NCBI RefSeq assembly: GCF_032444005.1
Contig: NC_091283.1
Span: 420,422,001-420,486,000, forward strand
Length of the DNA stretch: 64,000 bases
Origin: Ranitomeya imitator
Lineage: Eukaryota
Direction of reading: 5' to 3'
The notes under the pieces were generated by a model that worked only from the letters and a program-made list of their open reading frames with translations, was not told where the DNA came from and made no database searches. The position numbers and the translations under genes were made by a program. Below are positions 20,620-32,171 of this stretch, piece by piece (position 1 is the first letter of the stretch; each line of letters begins with the position of its first letter).

Positions 20620-23600
20620 ATGGCGGGGATCTCTGGAATATCCCTCAACGTTAGAGGGATTAAAACAAAACCCAGGAGGTTGGCGCTCTTTGAGTTTTTG
20701 TACACTTTGTCGGCATCAGTTATCTTCTTACAGGAATGCAATATTCCACACTCTTTAAATTATAATAAGTATAAAACAGATTGGACACATGGACCCTCAG
20801 TGTGGTCAGGATCAAATGAATCCAGGTCAGCAGGGGTCGCCATTCTTTTTAAAGGTAATGTTTTTATTGACTCAGTTCAGGAGGTTTTACCAGGCAGGAT
20901 TTTATTGGTTAAAGCTTTTATTGATGGTTTTAAATGGCAGTTTTTAAATTTTTATGGATCTACTGAGAAAAATGAAAGAGCAAAAATGTTAGAAATGTTA
21001 CCCCTTTTTATTAATGATTCTGATCCTCTTATTTTAGCAGGTGATTTTAATTGTATTATGGGTGGGGAGAAAAGATTCTCCAATGCGGTAAGCAGAAACT
21101 ACGATAAAACCTCTTTTATGCTCAGAAACATTGTGCAGGATTTTAAACTTATCGATTGTTTTAAGGAATGCAATATGAATCTCCCTGCTGAAGAGTGGGT
21201 AACCTGGAGCAATGTGAACTGTAGCTCCAGAATTGATTTTATTTTTTGTTCTAATTCCATACTGCCTTTTAAATGTGAGCTTTTAACCAATGTCTTTTCA
21301 GACCATAAACTTTTACTTTTTAATGTTAATTATGATGATTTTAAGAAAAAAGGTAAAGGTGCCTGGAAACTAAATGTCTCTCTCTTAGATGATCCAGAAA
21401 TTTTAACCAGTTTTACGGAATTTTATACAAATTGCAAACAAACTAGAGATCCCCGTACCCCTATTAGTAGGTGGTGGGAAAAAATGAAGAAAAATATTAA
21501 AAATTTCTTTATTAAAGCTGGAGTACAAAAAGCTAAAGAAAAGAGAGAGAGTTACAACCTCCTAAATACCCGACTGCAAACCCTCTATAAACTACGTGAG
21601 CACGACATTGATGTGGATAAAGATATTTGTAATCTTAAAACTGAAATATCAAGATGCTTGGAACAAAGGGGGAAGCAATTAATCTTTCACTCAAAAGTCA
21701 AGCATATAGAAGAGAATGAAACCTGTTCCCGTTATTTCTTTAAAAATATGGTCGGAAAAAGGGTATTTATTAATTCTTTGGAGGGAGAAAATGAAATAGA
21801 GGGAATTTTAAATAAAGTCCACCAATTTTATGCTGACCTTTTTAATAAAAAAGTTATAGACAATAGTTTTATGGAAAGCTCTATGGAAGAAATCACAACC
21901 ATTTTAGACCCAGTGTCACAAAACTTTTTATTGCAGGACCTGAGCAAGGAAGAGGTGGCTGAAACAGTGAAAAGTTTTAAACCAGGAAAAGTCCCCGGGC
22001 CAGACGGTATCCCCATAGAATTTTATTCCAGTTTTTATGAGCTTTTACAAGAAGATCTTTTAAATATTTTAAGTGAGGTTTTTAATACAAAAACTCTCCC
22101 CACCTCTTGGAAAAAGGGTGAGGTTTCCCTTATATACAAAAAAGGGGACAAAACGGACATAAAAAATTGGAGACCAATAACCCTTTTAAACTGTGACTAT
22201 AAAATAATGGCCAAAATTTGTGCAAACAGACTCAAAAAAGTGGTGGGAAACATAATACATCCTAACCAGGTCTGTGGTATACCAGAGAGAAGCATATGGG
22301 AAAACCTAAATTTAATTAAAGACATAATTGATGACACTAAATCAAGGGGAGGTGGAATGGCGGTCTTATCCCTTGATTTTGAGAAAGCTTTTGATAGAGT
22401 ATCTCACGAGTTCCTTTTTAATGTTTTAAATAAAATGGGTATACCAGAAGGGTTTTTAGAGTCACTTAAGGCATTTTATAAAGACTGCACAAGCAAGATT
22501 GTGATAAATGGTTTTAAAACTAAAGACGTTGTTTTAAAATCTGGGGTTAAGCAGGGTTGTCCCCTGTCCCCACTTTTATTTATTTGTGCTCTTGAACCCC
22601 TGCTATGTGCCCTGAGGAGGGATAAACAAATCCGGGGAATCCCACTGCCTGGTGGAGGAGGTCTGGAGGCTAAAGTCACAGGGTATATGGATGATGTAGC
22701 CATAATATGCAGGGATTCTCCTTCTATACAAAAAGCCTTAAGGCAGGTGGAGTTTTTCTGCTGTGGGTCTGGTTTTAAATTAAATTTTAATAAAAGTTCT
22801 ATTTTTAAGGTTGGCAATGTGGTTTTAACAGATATCCAAGTTCCTGAGAGGGACTCTGTTCAAGTTTTAGGTGTAATTTTTAATGAAGAAAATAAAGGCA
22901 CAGAAAGCTGGAATATGGTGGCTCAGAAGGTAAACCAAAAGCTGTGTATGTGGAATTTGAGAAAAATGACTATGGAGGGGAAAATTTTAATTATTAAAAT
23001 GGTCATATTGCCGCTTTTATTATATTTAAGCCTGGTCTTCCCCCCTCCAAACGGCATTTTTAACAAAATAATTAAAGCTTGTTTTACCTTTTATTGGAGT
23101 TCCAAGATGGAAAAACTAAAGAGAGAGCTGGTGGTAAAATCCAAAGGTAATGGTGGCAAAGACTTCCCAGATTTTAGAGCTTTTGTTTTAATCCGTTTCT
23201 TTGTCCTGTGTTTTAATTCCCTTTTTAAAAATAGTTACTGGTCATATTTTATACGTTTTAACATTGGTTTTTTTATGAGACGCCTTGGGTGGTTTGAAAC
23301 AGTTTTAAATTCCCCATATGCTTTTAACACACCCGAAAACTATAAAATCTTAGGTACCATTGTTAACACATATGACCTAAAGGGTATAAACACAGAGGCC
23401 CTAGGGGATAGCAAAAAGATCCTAAAGGGCCTCAAAGGAAAAGAACAAGTGACGCAGATTGGAAACTTTAATGATCCTAAGTGTTTAGAGATTTGGAAAA
23501 ATGTTAATGCCTCGTATCTTTTTAATTCCCAGAAGGACCTGGCCTGGAGCTGTGTGCATGATTGTCTTCCATGCCGGGCATTCCAGCACCGAAGAGGACT

Positions 23601-24003
23601 CGTGAGATCCGCCAAGTGCCCAAGAGAGGACTGCCAAAGGGAAGAAACAGTGCTGCACATTCTTTGGACTTGTCAATTCACAAGACAAATATGGACAAAA
23701 TTTTTCCCTTTACTCCAGAAAATAACTGATTTGAAAGACTTAAGTTTTGAGACTGTTTTGTTTGGATGCATGGAATGCCCCAACGCAACTAAGAGGATCA
23801 TCGCATGGAAGACAATCAGCACCATCAAAGAAGCTCTATGGAAGGCCAGGAACATCCTTCTTTTTAAACATGATGTTTTATCTGTGAAAGACGTTTTATC
23901 ATTGGCTTTTAGTGAAAGGTATATTTATTATTTATTGGACAAGAAAAAGAATCTTTTATTGTCAAAGCAATGGATGGTAGAAGAGTGGAATACTATAATT
24001 TGA
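20620..24003 (+). CDS. E4 ORF2 APE-RT-CCHC (1127 aa, intact)
   Basis: All APE and RT motifs present, GYMDD. Confidence 0.97.
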   Translation: MAGISGISLNVRGIKTKPRRLALFEFLYTLSASVIFLQECNIPHSLNYNKYKTDWTHGPSVWSGSNESRSAGVAILFKGNVFIDSVQEVLPGRILLVKAFIDGFKWQFLNFYGSTEKNERAKMLEMLPLFINDSDPLILAGDFNCIMGGEKRFSNAVSRNYDKTSFMLRNIVQDFKLIDCFKECNMNLPAEEWVTWSNVNCSSRIDFIFCSNSILPFKCELLTNVFSDHKLLLFNVNYDDFKKKGKGAWKLNVSLLDDPEILTSFTEFYTNCKQTRDPRTPISRWWEKMKKNIKNFFIKAGVQKAKEKRESYNLLNTRLQTLYKLREHDIDVDKDICNLKTEISRCLEQRGKQLIFHSKVKHIEENETCSRYFFKNMVGKRVFINSLEGENEIEGILNKVHQFYADLFNKKVIDNSFMESSMEEITTILDPVSQNFLLQDLSKEEVAETVKSFKPGKVPGPDGIPIEFYSSFYELLQEDLLNILSEVFNTKTLPTSWKKGEVSLIYKKGDKTDIKNWRPITLLNCDYKIMAKICANRLKKVVGNIIHPNQVCGIPERSIWENLNLIKDIIDDTKSRGGGMAVLSLDFEKAFDRVSHEFLFNVLNKMGIPEGFLESLKAFYKDCTSKIVINGFKTKDVVLKSGVKQGCPLSPLLFICALEPLLCALRRDKQIRGIPLPGGGGLEAKVTGYMDDVAIICRDSPSIQKALRQVEFFCCGSGFKLNFNKSSIFKVGNVVLTDIQVPERDSVQVLGVIFNEENKGTESWNMVAQKVNQKLCMWNLRKMTMEGKILIIKMVILPLLLYLSLVFPPPNGIFNKIIKACFTFYWSSKMEKLKRELVVKSKGNGGKDFPDFRAFVLIRFFVLCFNSLFKNSYWSYFIRFNIGFFMRRLGWFETVLNSPYAFNTPENYKILGTIVNTYDLKGINTEALGDSKKILKGLKGKEQVTQIGNFNDPKCLEIWKNVNASYLFNSQKDLAWSCVHDCLPCRAFQHRRGLVRSAKCPREDCQREETVLHILWTCQFTRQIWTKFFPLLQKITDLKDLSFETVLFGCMECPNATKRIIAWKTISTIKEALWKARNILLFKHDVLSVKDVLSLAFSERYIYYLLDKKKNLLLSKQWMVEEWNTII

Positions 24004-24222
24004 ACGCTACCATAAATGTAAATTATTGGCCGATGCTTGTATATTACTTGTTTTTACTGCATGTAACTTTGGAATGAAAAAAAAAAAAAAAAAATCTGAT
24101 TGATATGTTATAAATGCTTTAAATATGTAATACACTGTATACATACGTCTTTTATCTGTAATTGCTTTTAAAACTTTAATAAACGGGTGTACCTAAATGT
24201 GGGTACTTCCAAGTTAAAAAAA

Positions 24223-24373
24223 ATCTGTTCTTATCAGTTTAATATCTGATACGTCCCCTATTTGGGGACCATATATTAAATGGATTTTTAGAACAGGGAG
24301 CTGGAAATGGAGCTTGCTCTGTCCACTCCACGCATTGACCCGATATTGCAGTATCTTCGGGAACAGTGCACCC
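24223..24373 (+). ncRNA. RNU2: U2 snRNA 3' fragment (nt 38-188)
   Basis: Variant B sequence. Confidence 0.97.
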
Positions 24374-25396
24374 CTTCTCTGATCCGGTTTCTAAAAACAG
24401 ATTGAATTGAATTGAAATCAGCAGAGCAAGTTGTCATTTAACCCTTTCGGAGAATTCTTTTCAGGGTCAAAGAAGCACGTTTCAGATGGCAAATGTAGCA
24501 ATTTGCTCAATTTCACTGGACCGTTTGCAACATTTCCTGTGCCTTGCTTTCACCTGTGCATGTTCAGCATTGGATTGCATCCAATATGCAATCAATCAAG
24601 CAATCAAGCAATCTTTGCTGGTTGCAACAGGTGTGTTTAGATGTAGGCCCGAATGAGGCCTTTGTAGCAGTGTTGCTAATATATTGTGCCATCTACAAAA
24701 TTAGGCCCCTGCTGTCTGTCTGTCTGTCTGTCTGTCAGTATGAAGTGTTTAAATTGAAGTATCCTACGAGTAGTTCGGCCATACATACTACATTTGTGAC
24801 CGCATGCACAAATTCCTTTGTAAAACATTGGCTCCCTCTTGTGGACCACAGACTTTTAATTATGTGGTGTATGATATGTATTTAAATAAAGAAGGAAAAA
24901 TGGGGTGGGTCTGTGATGATCTTGCTTGAATGTGCTAGTCTTGTCCATCTTGTCTTGCACTGTGTGAGTAGTATTCTAATGCTTTTGACCAATTAGGTGC
25001 GCTGCTGCTGCCTGCAGTAGATAGAATCTGTGCACGGAACCTTCACCTGCTGTCACAATGGGGCCTTCAGCCATTGACTCCGGAACTCTCACGTGTCACA
25101 ATGGGCTCTGGACCTATCTAAGGCAGAGAAAAATGGTGCCGTCTTCAGTCTGCTGCTGGAGCAGCAGCAGACCACATGGTAGGGGGATTGTCTGTCTGTG
25201 CCCAGCTTCAGGGCAGCTGGCAAGACAACTGCTAGCCCGTCTGGTGTTTGAATTACACACTCGCTCTGCCCGTTTCTTGAATAGCCCTCTTTACCTTGAC
25301 AAGTCAGCTGGTATGTCACTCTCCATCCATCAGGAGGAACGTTACCCCTTAGACCCCAGTCCAGTGCCTCTCACTTAGCCAAATCAGTTCTCTTGC

Positions 25397-25441
25397 TTCG
25401 CACTGACGAGGGCCAAGAGCCCTAAACACTGTGTCTGCGAA
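25397..25441 (+). ncRNA. Hammerhead fold, G12U
   Basis: As 18451-18495; loop III CTG. Confidence 0.72.
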
Positions 25442-25546
25442 TTGAGATGCTGTTGTTTTTTGTTTTTTTTTGTAAAGGGGCAATTTGTAGACCTGCACTA
25501 ATAGTTGCACTCTTTAGCGCAAAAGGGATGGAGGGTGTGTTCAAAT

Positions 25547-25785
25547 GGGCGGAGTTATGCAGATTAGGCAGAGTTATGCAGATTTCAAAAACGCGTTGGG
25601 CCCAACTTGAACACACCCCCACACACCCCCCACACACCCCCACACACACCAGAACTGCCATTTGAGAAGGCATCCAGAGTTTAGAAAAAAATGTCTTCCC
25701 CTGGGCAATCATCTTTTGGCCTCTCTCCACAGTGGGTCTTGGTTGCAGGCCATGGGGCGTCCGGAGTGGCAAACCATTTCAGGCT
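25547..25785 (+). promoter_or_regulatory. U2 promoter (DSE + PSE)
   Basis: Copy of 18601-18829. Confidence 0.85.
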
Positions 25786-25819
25786 ATCGCTTCTCGGCCT
25801 TTTGGCTCAGATCAAGTGT
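25786..25819 (+). ncRNA. RNU2: U2 snRNA 5' fragment (nt 1-34, A23C)
   Basis: ...GGCTCAGATCAAGTGT. Confidence 0.93.
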
Positions 25820-25946
25820 CTGACCAGGAGGTTCTTTGAGTGCTGTCCCTCGGCCTTCTGGCATCGCCACTTCGGTGGCTTAAGCCAGATGCTGCTATAG
25901 GGGGATAGTGAGGAAGGAACGAGAAGGCGATCCTTGAGGCGTGACT

Positions 25947-27259
25947 ATGGGAGTCAAGCTGCAATTCGCTGGGACCGGGATCCCCGGGTCAAGAATGGAT
26001 TCCGGATTGAGGTCGCTGAAGAGAAGAAGGGACACTTCTCCCTGTCCTACTTGGTGAATGCCATCTTCTATGATGCCTTGAAGATAAAGAAGTCGGATAT
26101 CGTTTGCCTGCAAGAGTTTCGGAGAGATGGAAGGTATGTGCTGGTTCTTTCTACTATGGCTGCTTGCCAAAACCTGTTCAGAACTTTGACTGGCTTGAAA
26201 GAGAGCACCCTTCTGGATGGACTTATCTTCACTGTACTTTATTCTAAGGGGGATGTCCCAGTGGTTGTGTTCATGCACAATCCTTTTTGCTCCCAGGATA
26301 GTATCACTGCTTTCCTGAGGAGGCATTGTGTTTTTGTGCAGTTCTCCCACAGGATAAATAATGAGGAGGGCCTGTGGACGGGAAAATACAAATACTTTGT
26401 TAGGTTTGCGGTGGACCCCCAGGGACCAGGGGGTATTCACTATCCGCCTATGAGTTTTACAATCGGAAGAGATACTGGCTTCTTGTATTTCCCTGATGCT
26501 CCTTTCTTTTGTAGAAGGTGTAGCACTTATGGCCATATCCAAGAGTCCTGCAGTAGTCAGCCAACCTGCAGGAGGTGTAATGAGACCGGTCACATAGCGA
26601 GAGATTGTAAAAACCAGGTGAAGTGTGATGCGTGTGGTGAGGATGGACATGTCCTTCGGGAGTGTCGGGCCAGAACCACACCTAGGTCCTTTGCACAAGT
26701 GACCGCGGTCAGGCCTGCTACTCCAGCTGTGGTTGCTGAAGCTCCAGTGAGTTCCCTAGCAGATATCGGGGAGGCAGTTGCTTCCAGAGAGGAAGAGGAG
26801 TCACCTCTCCCTTTCCAGTTTGGTGCCCGTGCAACTACAGATAGTGTTGTTCTGGTGCCTGCTAAAAAAACTAAAAAAAAGTATGGGAATCTGGGTTTGG
26901 AGAAAGCTTTGGTAAAAGCATTAAAGAATGTGCAAAGAGGCTTTTCAAGTGCTGAAGGAGGGGAGCGCCCGGACACCCTGCAGTTGCAGGACGCTGAAGA
27001 GGGCGCGGAATGTATGGAGACTTCTGTACATCTTTCAGATCCGGAGTATATTGAAGAGTTTTGTTCTGATGATGGTGGTGAGAGTGGAAAGCATCACGGA
27101 GGAGGTAGTGGGGAAAGTGACCGAGAAAAGGAGGATGTGGCACCTCAGAGAAAAGCAGGTGTCAAGAAATCAAGGTGGAGTGAGAGTGGAGAGGCCAGCG
27201 GGTCGGAAACCAGCCACTCGTTGCAGATGGTAGAGGATGATGGTGGAGGAACTGGCTAA
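25947..27259 (+). pseudogene. E5 ORF1 with -1 frameshift at G-run 25977-25979
   Basis: E6 has GGGG at this site and an open frame from the same ATG. Confidence 0.85.
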
Positions 27260-27398
27260 AGTGGTCTGGAAATATGCATAAGTGTTTTTTTTCTTTTTTC
27301 TGTTTTTTGTTTTTTTTCTTTTTTTTGAGCTTTGACTTAAGTCAAAGGCTTTCTATTTTTGCTTGTATAGCATATGTTTTGTTTTTCCAGCCTTAAGC

Positions 27399-30300
27399 AT
27401 GGTATTCACTATTGTCTCACAAAATGTGAGGGTGTTTAAAAATAGGTGTAGAAGGGCTGCAATTTTTGATTTTTTAGCTCTGAAAAATGCATCGATTTTT
27501 TTGTTTGCAAGAGTGTGGGGTGGTGGATGGTGTGAAAGGGGATGAGTGGCCTTATGGGGCATCAGTATGGTCTGGGAGTGCATGTAATAAGAATGATGGT
27601 GTGGGAATTTTGGTAAAGGGGCGGGAAGTTGTTTTGAATGATTATGTGGTTATTGAGGTGGGTAGGTGCATATTAGCAAATTTTGTGTATAGAAATGTGA
27701 AATTTTGCATTATTAATGTTTATGCGCCGGTGGATAAGAATGAGCGGAAAGATTTGTTTGAAAAAATTAAATTTTTTGTGCCGGGGAGAATGCCTGTGGT
27801 GATTGTGGGTGATATGAATTGTGATGTGGGGAAAGTGAATGTGGATGTGTCTGGTAAGGTTTTATTAGATTTGGTTAGTGATTTTGGGTTGAGAGACATG
27901 CAGCGTTTGTGTAAAGTGAGTCCGTTGTTGAATACTTTTTTTTCTGAGAGTGGAAAAATACAATCTAGGTTGGATTATTGTTTTATTTAAAAAAATATGG
28001 TTTCCATTAGTTATAAGCAGGAGAATGTTTTGTTTTCAGATCATGTGTGTGTGTCGTGTGAGGTGGATATAAATGTAAATGGTGTGTTTGGTAGGGGTTT
28101 ATGGAAATTAAATTGTAAGTTGCTGGAGAATGTGGAGGTGAGGAAGGTGTATGTAAGATGTTATAAAGAGTGGTGTGAGGGTAAGAGTGGTTTTGGGAAT
28201 GTGTGTGAGTGGTGGGATTGGGTTAAAAAACGGACAAAAATTTTCTTTAAAGATGTAGGATATAAGGTTGCTGCAATTAAGAGAGAAAAATTTGTGAGCT
28301 TAAATGCGCATCTAAATTTATTGTATATTTTGAGGGAAGGAGGAGTGGTGGTGGAGGAGGAGATTTTGGTGGTAAAGAAGGAAATTCATGAATTTTTGAT
28401 GGAGAGGGGAAGGAGTATTGTGTTTAGGTCTAAGGTTGATAGGTTGGAGCATGATGAGAAATGCTCACGGTTTTTTTTCAAGAAGGTCTTTGGGGAGAAA
28501 CAAAGTATGAATGTGCTGTGTGGGGCTGATGGGAGAGAAGTATGTGGGGAGGATATGTGTGAGGAGGTAGCAAAGTTTTATGAGGATTTGTATGCGGTGA
28601 AGTGGAGGGATGGAAATTTGGAAGATGAAGTGTTGTGTGTGTTAGAGAATAAGTTGAGTGAGGTAGATAAAGGGAGTGTGATGAGTGAAGTGACAGATGA
28701 TGAGGTTTGGAAGGTAATGAATAGTATGGCGTTAAATAAAACGCCGGGGGAAGATGGTCTGCCTGTAGAGTTTTATCGAGTGATGTGGGAGGTGATTGGT
28801 AAGGATTTTGTGGAGGTTTGTAAATATATGTGGGCAAATATGGAAGTGGCTGAGAGTATGCGTGCGGGTATGGTGGTGTTAATACCAAAGAAAGGTGATT
28901 TGAGAAATATTAAGAATTGGAGACCGATAACATTATTAAATTGCGATTATAAAATCTATGCAAAGGTAATGGCAAATAGAATGCGTGATGTGATAGGGAG
29001 TGTGATTGGGGATGAACAATGTTGTGCGGTGCCTGGAAGGCGTATACATGAGTGTGTGTGTATGTTGCGGGATTGTTTGTGGGATTGCAAGAGTCGCAAG
29101 AGAGGTGTGTTTTTGTTAAGTCTGGATTTTGAAAAAGCGTATGATAGGTTGTCGCATAGTTTTTTGTTTAGAGTGTTGTTAAAAATGGGTTTTCCGGCTG
29201 AGTTTGTTGGGAGAGTGAGAAGTCTATATAAGAATATTTATAGTTGTATTTTGATGAATGGTTATGTTGGGAGGAGAGTGAATGTTTTTTCGGGTGTGCG
29301 TCAGGGGTGTCCTATGTCTCCTGTGGCTTTTATTTGTGCTATTGAACCATTGCTTTGTATGTTAAGAAAGGATAAGGTGATTCGGGGCGTACAAGTGCCG
29401 GGTGGAGGGGGTAGGGAATGGAAGGTTAGTGGTTATATGGATGACGTGTGTGTATTATGTGATTCAGAATGTTCAGTGGGACGGGTAAAGTTATTAGTGT
29501 CTATTTTTTGTGGTGCGTCTGCTTTTAAAGTTAATTGGGAGAAAAGTGAATGTAAGAGTTTTGGGGGAGGATCTTTGAGTAAGTATGTTGGTGTGAATGA
29601 AGTAAAGGGGCCTATTAAGGTGTTAGGTGTTAAGTTTTCTGAGAGACTGGATGGGAAGGAAAGTTGGGATGATGCGAAAGAGAAAGTTGAGAGGAAGTTG
29701 TGTTTTTGGAGGTTGAGAAGCCTTACTTTTTTTGGGAAAATTTTGATTATAAAGAGTATAGTGTTGCCTATTTTTTTGTATATTGCGCTGGTTTTTCCGC
29801 CAGGGTATATGTGTTTGAGAGGGTTAAATAGGGTACTGTTTGTTTTTTTATGGAATTCTAGAATGGAGAGGGCAAAGAGAGAAACTTTGGTAAAGCGTTT
29901 GGAAAAGGGTGGTTTGAATTTTCCTAACCTTGAAGTTTTTTTTGGTGTAAATAGTGTGTTGTATGTTTTGAGGATGATTAGGGCAGATGGAAAAAATTCA
30001 TGTATGTGTAGGTATTTGTTTGGGGCTTATTTGTTTCGTTTAAGGTGGTGGGAGAGAGATTTGCGGTGTCTGGTGGCGTTTGAAGTGCCTGTATGGTATG
30101 TGTGGGTTTATAAATTTTTGATGAAGTATGAGTTGTGTGATGTGGATATTCGGTTGTTGAGTAATAAGAAGGCTGTGTATAGGATGATTGAGTGTAGAGA
30201 GACAGATTGTGATATCAATATGGTTAGAGGGTTGGATGTACAGAAAGTGTGGAAGAAGGTACGAATGGATGGTATGACAAATAGACAGAGTGAGATTGTG

Positions 30301-30771
30301 TGGCAGTCATTGCATGGAGTATTACCTGTGAGAGAATTTCAAAGGAACCGTGGTTTGGTGAGAAGGGAGATATGTCCGAGAGAGGGTTGTGGTGGAAGTG
30401 AGAGTGTGATACATGTTTTTTGGAATTGTAAGTATGCTAGGAATGTGATTGCAAGAATGGGGCCTTTATGTAAAGAATTGGGTGGTGTGAGTTTGTTATC
30501 TTTTGAGGTGTTTATGTTTGGTTTGGGAATGTGTGATGGTGAGAAAGGAAGAGTGTTGTGGTTGATGCTTGCATGTATAAAGGAAGTGTTGTGGGATGTA
30601 AGGAATGTGTATGTTTTCAAGAGGAAAGCTATTTTAGTTAAGGATTGTGTAAGGGTGATTTTGGGGAAATTGTATGTTTGTTATTTGTGGGAGGTGAAGA
30701 GGAGAGGGGAGTTTGATGCAGAGGCCATTTGGAAGGTAAAGAAATGGAGATATTTTGTGAATACTTCTTGA
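27399..30771 (+). pseudogene. E5 ORF2: +1 frameshift at T-run 27496-27502 and in-frame TAA at 27988-27990
   Basis: Comparison with E6; RT part 27997..30771 is open. Confidence 0.9.
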
Positions 30772-30814
30772 TTGTTTTTCTTGTTATGTTAATATGTATT
30801 TTGAAAAAAGAGAG

Positions 30815-30930
30815 TTATTTCCGATGATGATGGGAACGGCTTTTTGTGTTTTAATTTTGGCACAGCCGTTTGGGTATGTTTCTTTGGTTATAGTTTTCTA
30901 GACCGTGAAATTCCCCATCTGAGGGAATAA
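30815..30930 (+). other. Putative box C/D kink-turn hairpin in E5 3' UTR
   Basis: TTATTTCC-G-ATGATGA (30824-30830) ... CTGA (30919-30922)-GGGAATAA. Confidence 0.65.
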
Positions 30931-30952
30931 AAAAAAAAAAATAAAAAAAAAA

Positions 30953-31103
30953 ATCTGTTCTTATCAGTTTAATATCTGATACGTCCCCTATTTGGGGACC
31001 ATATATTAAATGGATTTTTAGAACAGGGAGCTGGAAATGGAGCTTGCTCTGTCCACTCCACGCATTGACCCGATATTGCAGTATCTTCGGGAACAGTGCA
31101 CCC
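30953..31103 (+). ncRNA. RNU2: U2 snRNA 3' fragment (nt 38-188)
   Basis: Variant B sequence. Confidence 0.97.
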
Positions 31104-32126
31104 CTTCTCTGATCCGGTTTCTAAAAACAGATTGAATTGAATTGAAATCAGCAGAGCAAGTTGTCATTTAACCCTTTCGGAGAATTCTTTTCAGGGTCAA
31201 AGAAGCACGTTTCAGATGGCAAATGTAGCAATTTGCTCAATTTCACTGGACCGTTTGCAACATTTCCTGTGCCTTGCTTTCACCTGTGCATGTTCAGCAT
31301 TGGATTGCATCCAATATGCAATCAATCAAGCAATCAAGCAATCTTTGCTGGTTGCAACAGGTGTGTTTAGATGTAGGCCCGAATGAGGCCTTTGTAGCAG
31401 TGTTGCTAATATATTGTGCCATCTACAAAATTAGGCCCCTGCTGTCTGTCTGTCTGTCTGTCTGTCAGTATGAAGTGTTTAAATTGAAGTATCCTACGAG
31501 TAGTTCGGCCATACATACTACATTTGTGACCGCATGCACAAATTCCTTTGTAAAACATTGGCTCCCTCTTGTGGACCACAGACTTTTAATTATGTGGTGT
31601 ATGATATGTATTTAAATAAAGAAGGAAAAATGGGGTGGGTCTGTGATGATCTTGCTTGAATGTGCTAGTCTTGTCCATCTTGTCTTGCACTGTGTGAGTA
31701 GTATTCTAATGCTTTTGACCAATTAGGTGCGCTGCTGCTGCCTGCAGTAGATAGAATCTGTGCACGGAACCTTCACCTGCTGTCACAATGGGGCCTTCAG
31801 CCATTGACTCCGGAACTCTCACGTGTCACAATGGGCTCTGGACCTATCTAAGGCAGAGAAAAATGGCGCCGTCTTCAGTCTGCTGCTGGAGCAGCAGCAG
31901 ACCACATGGTAGGGGGATTGTCTGTCTGTGCCCAGCTTCAGGGCAGCTGGCAAGACAACTGCTAGCCCGTCTGGTGTTTGAATTACACACTCGCTCTGCC
32001 CGTTTCTTGAATAGCCCTCTTTACCTTGACAAGTCAGCTGGTATGTCACTCTCCATCCATCAGGAGGAACGTTACCCCTTAGACCCCAGTCCAGTGCCTC
32101 TCACTTAGCCAAATCAGTTCTCTTGC

Positions 32127-32171
32127 TTCGCACTGACGAGGGCCAAGAGCCCTAAACACCGTGTCTGCGAA
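32127..32171 (+). ncRNA. Hammerhead fold, G12U
   Basis: As 18451-18495. Confidence 0.72.

Larger units (their letters stand above)
18866..24222 (+). mobile_element. E4: full-length Tx1/Keno-like element, both ORFs intact (same family as E9)
   Basis: ORF1, ORF2, A-tail at U2 nt 38. Confidence 0.95.
25808..30952 (+). mobile_element. E5: full-length G+T-rich Tx1/Keno-like element, defective (twin of E6)
   Basis: ORF1/ORF2 motifs, A-tail at U2 nt 38. Confidence 0.95.

Noticed and set aside
28478-28888. H/P/L/S/T-rich minus-strand ORFs over E5-E7 and other short overlapping ORFs
   Set aside because: By-product of the G+T-rich sense strand and of overlap with real ORFs
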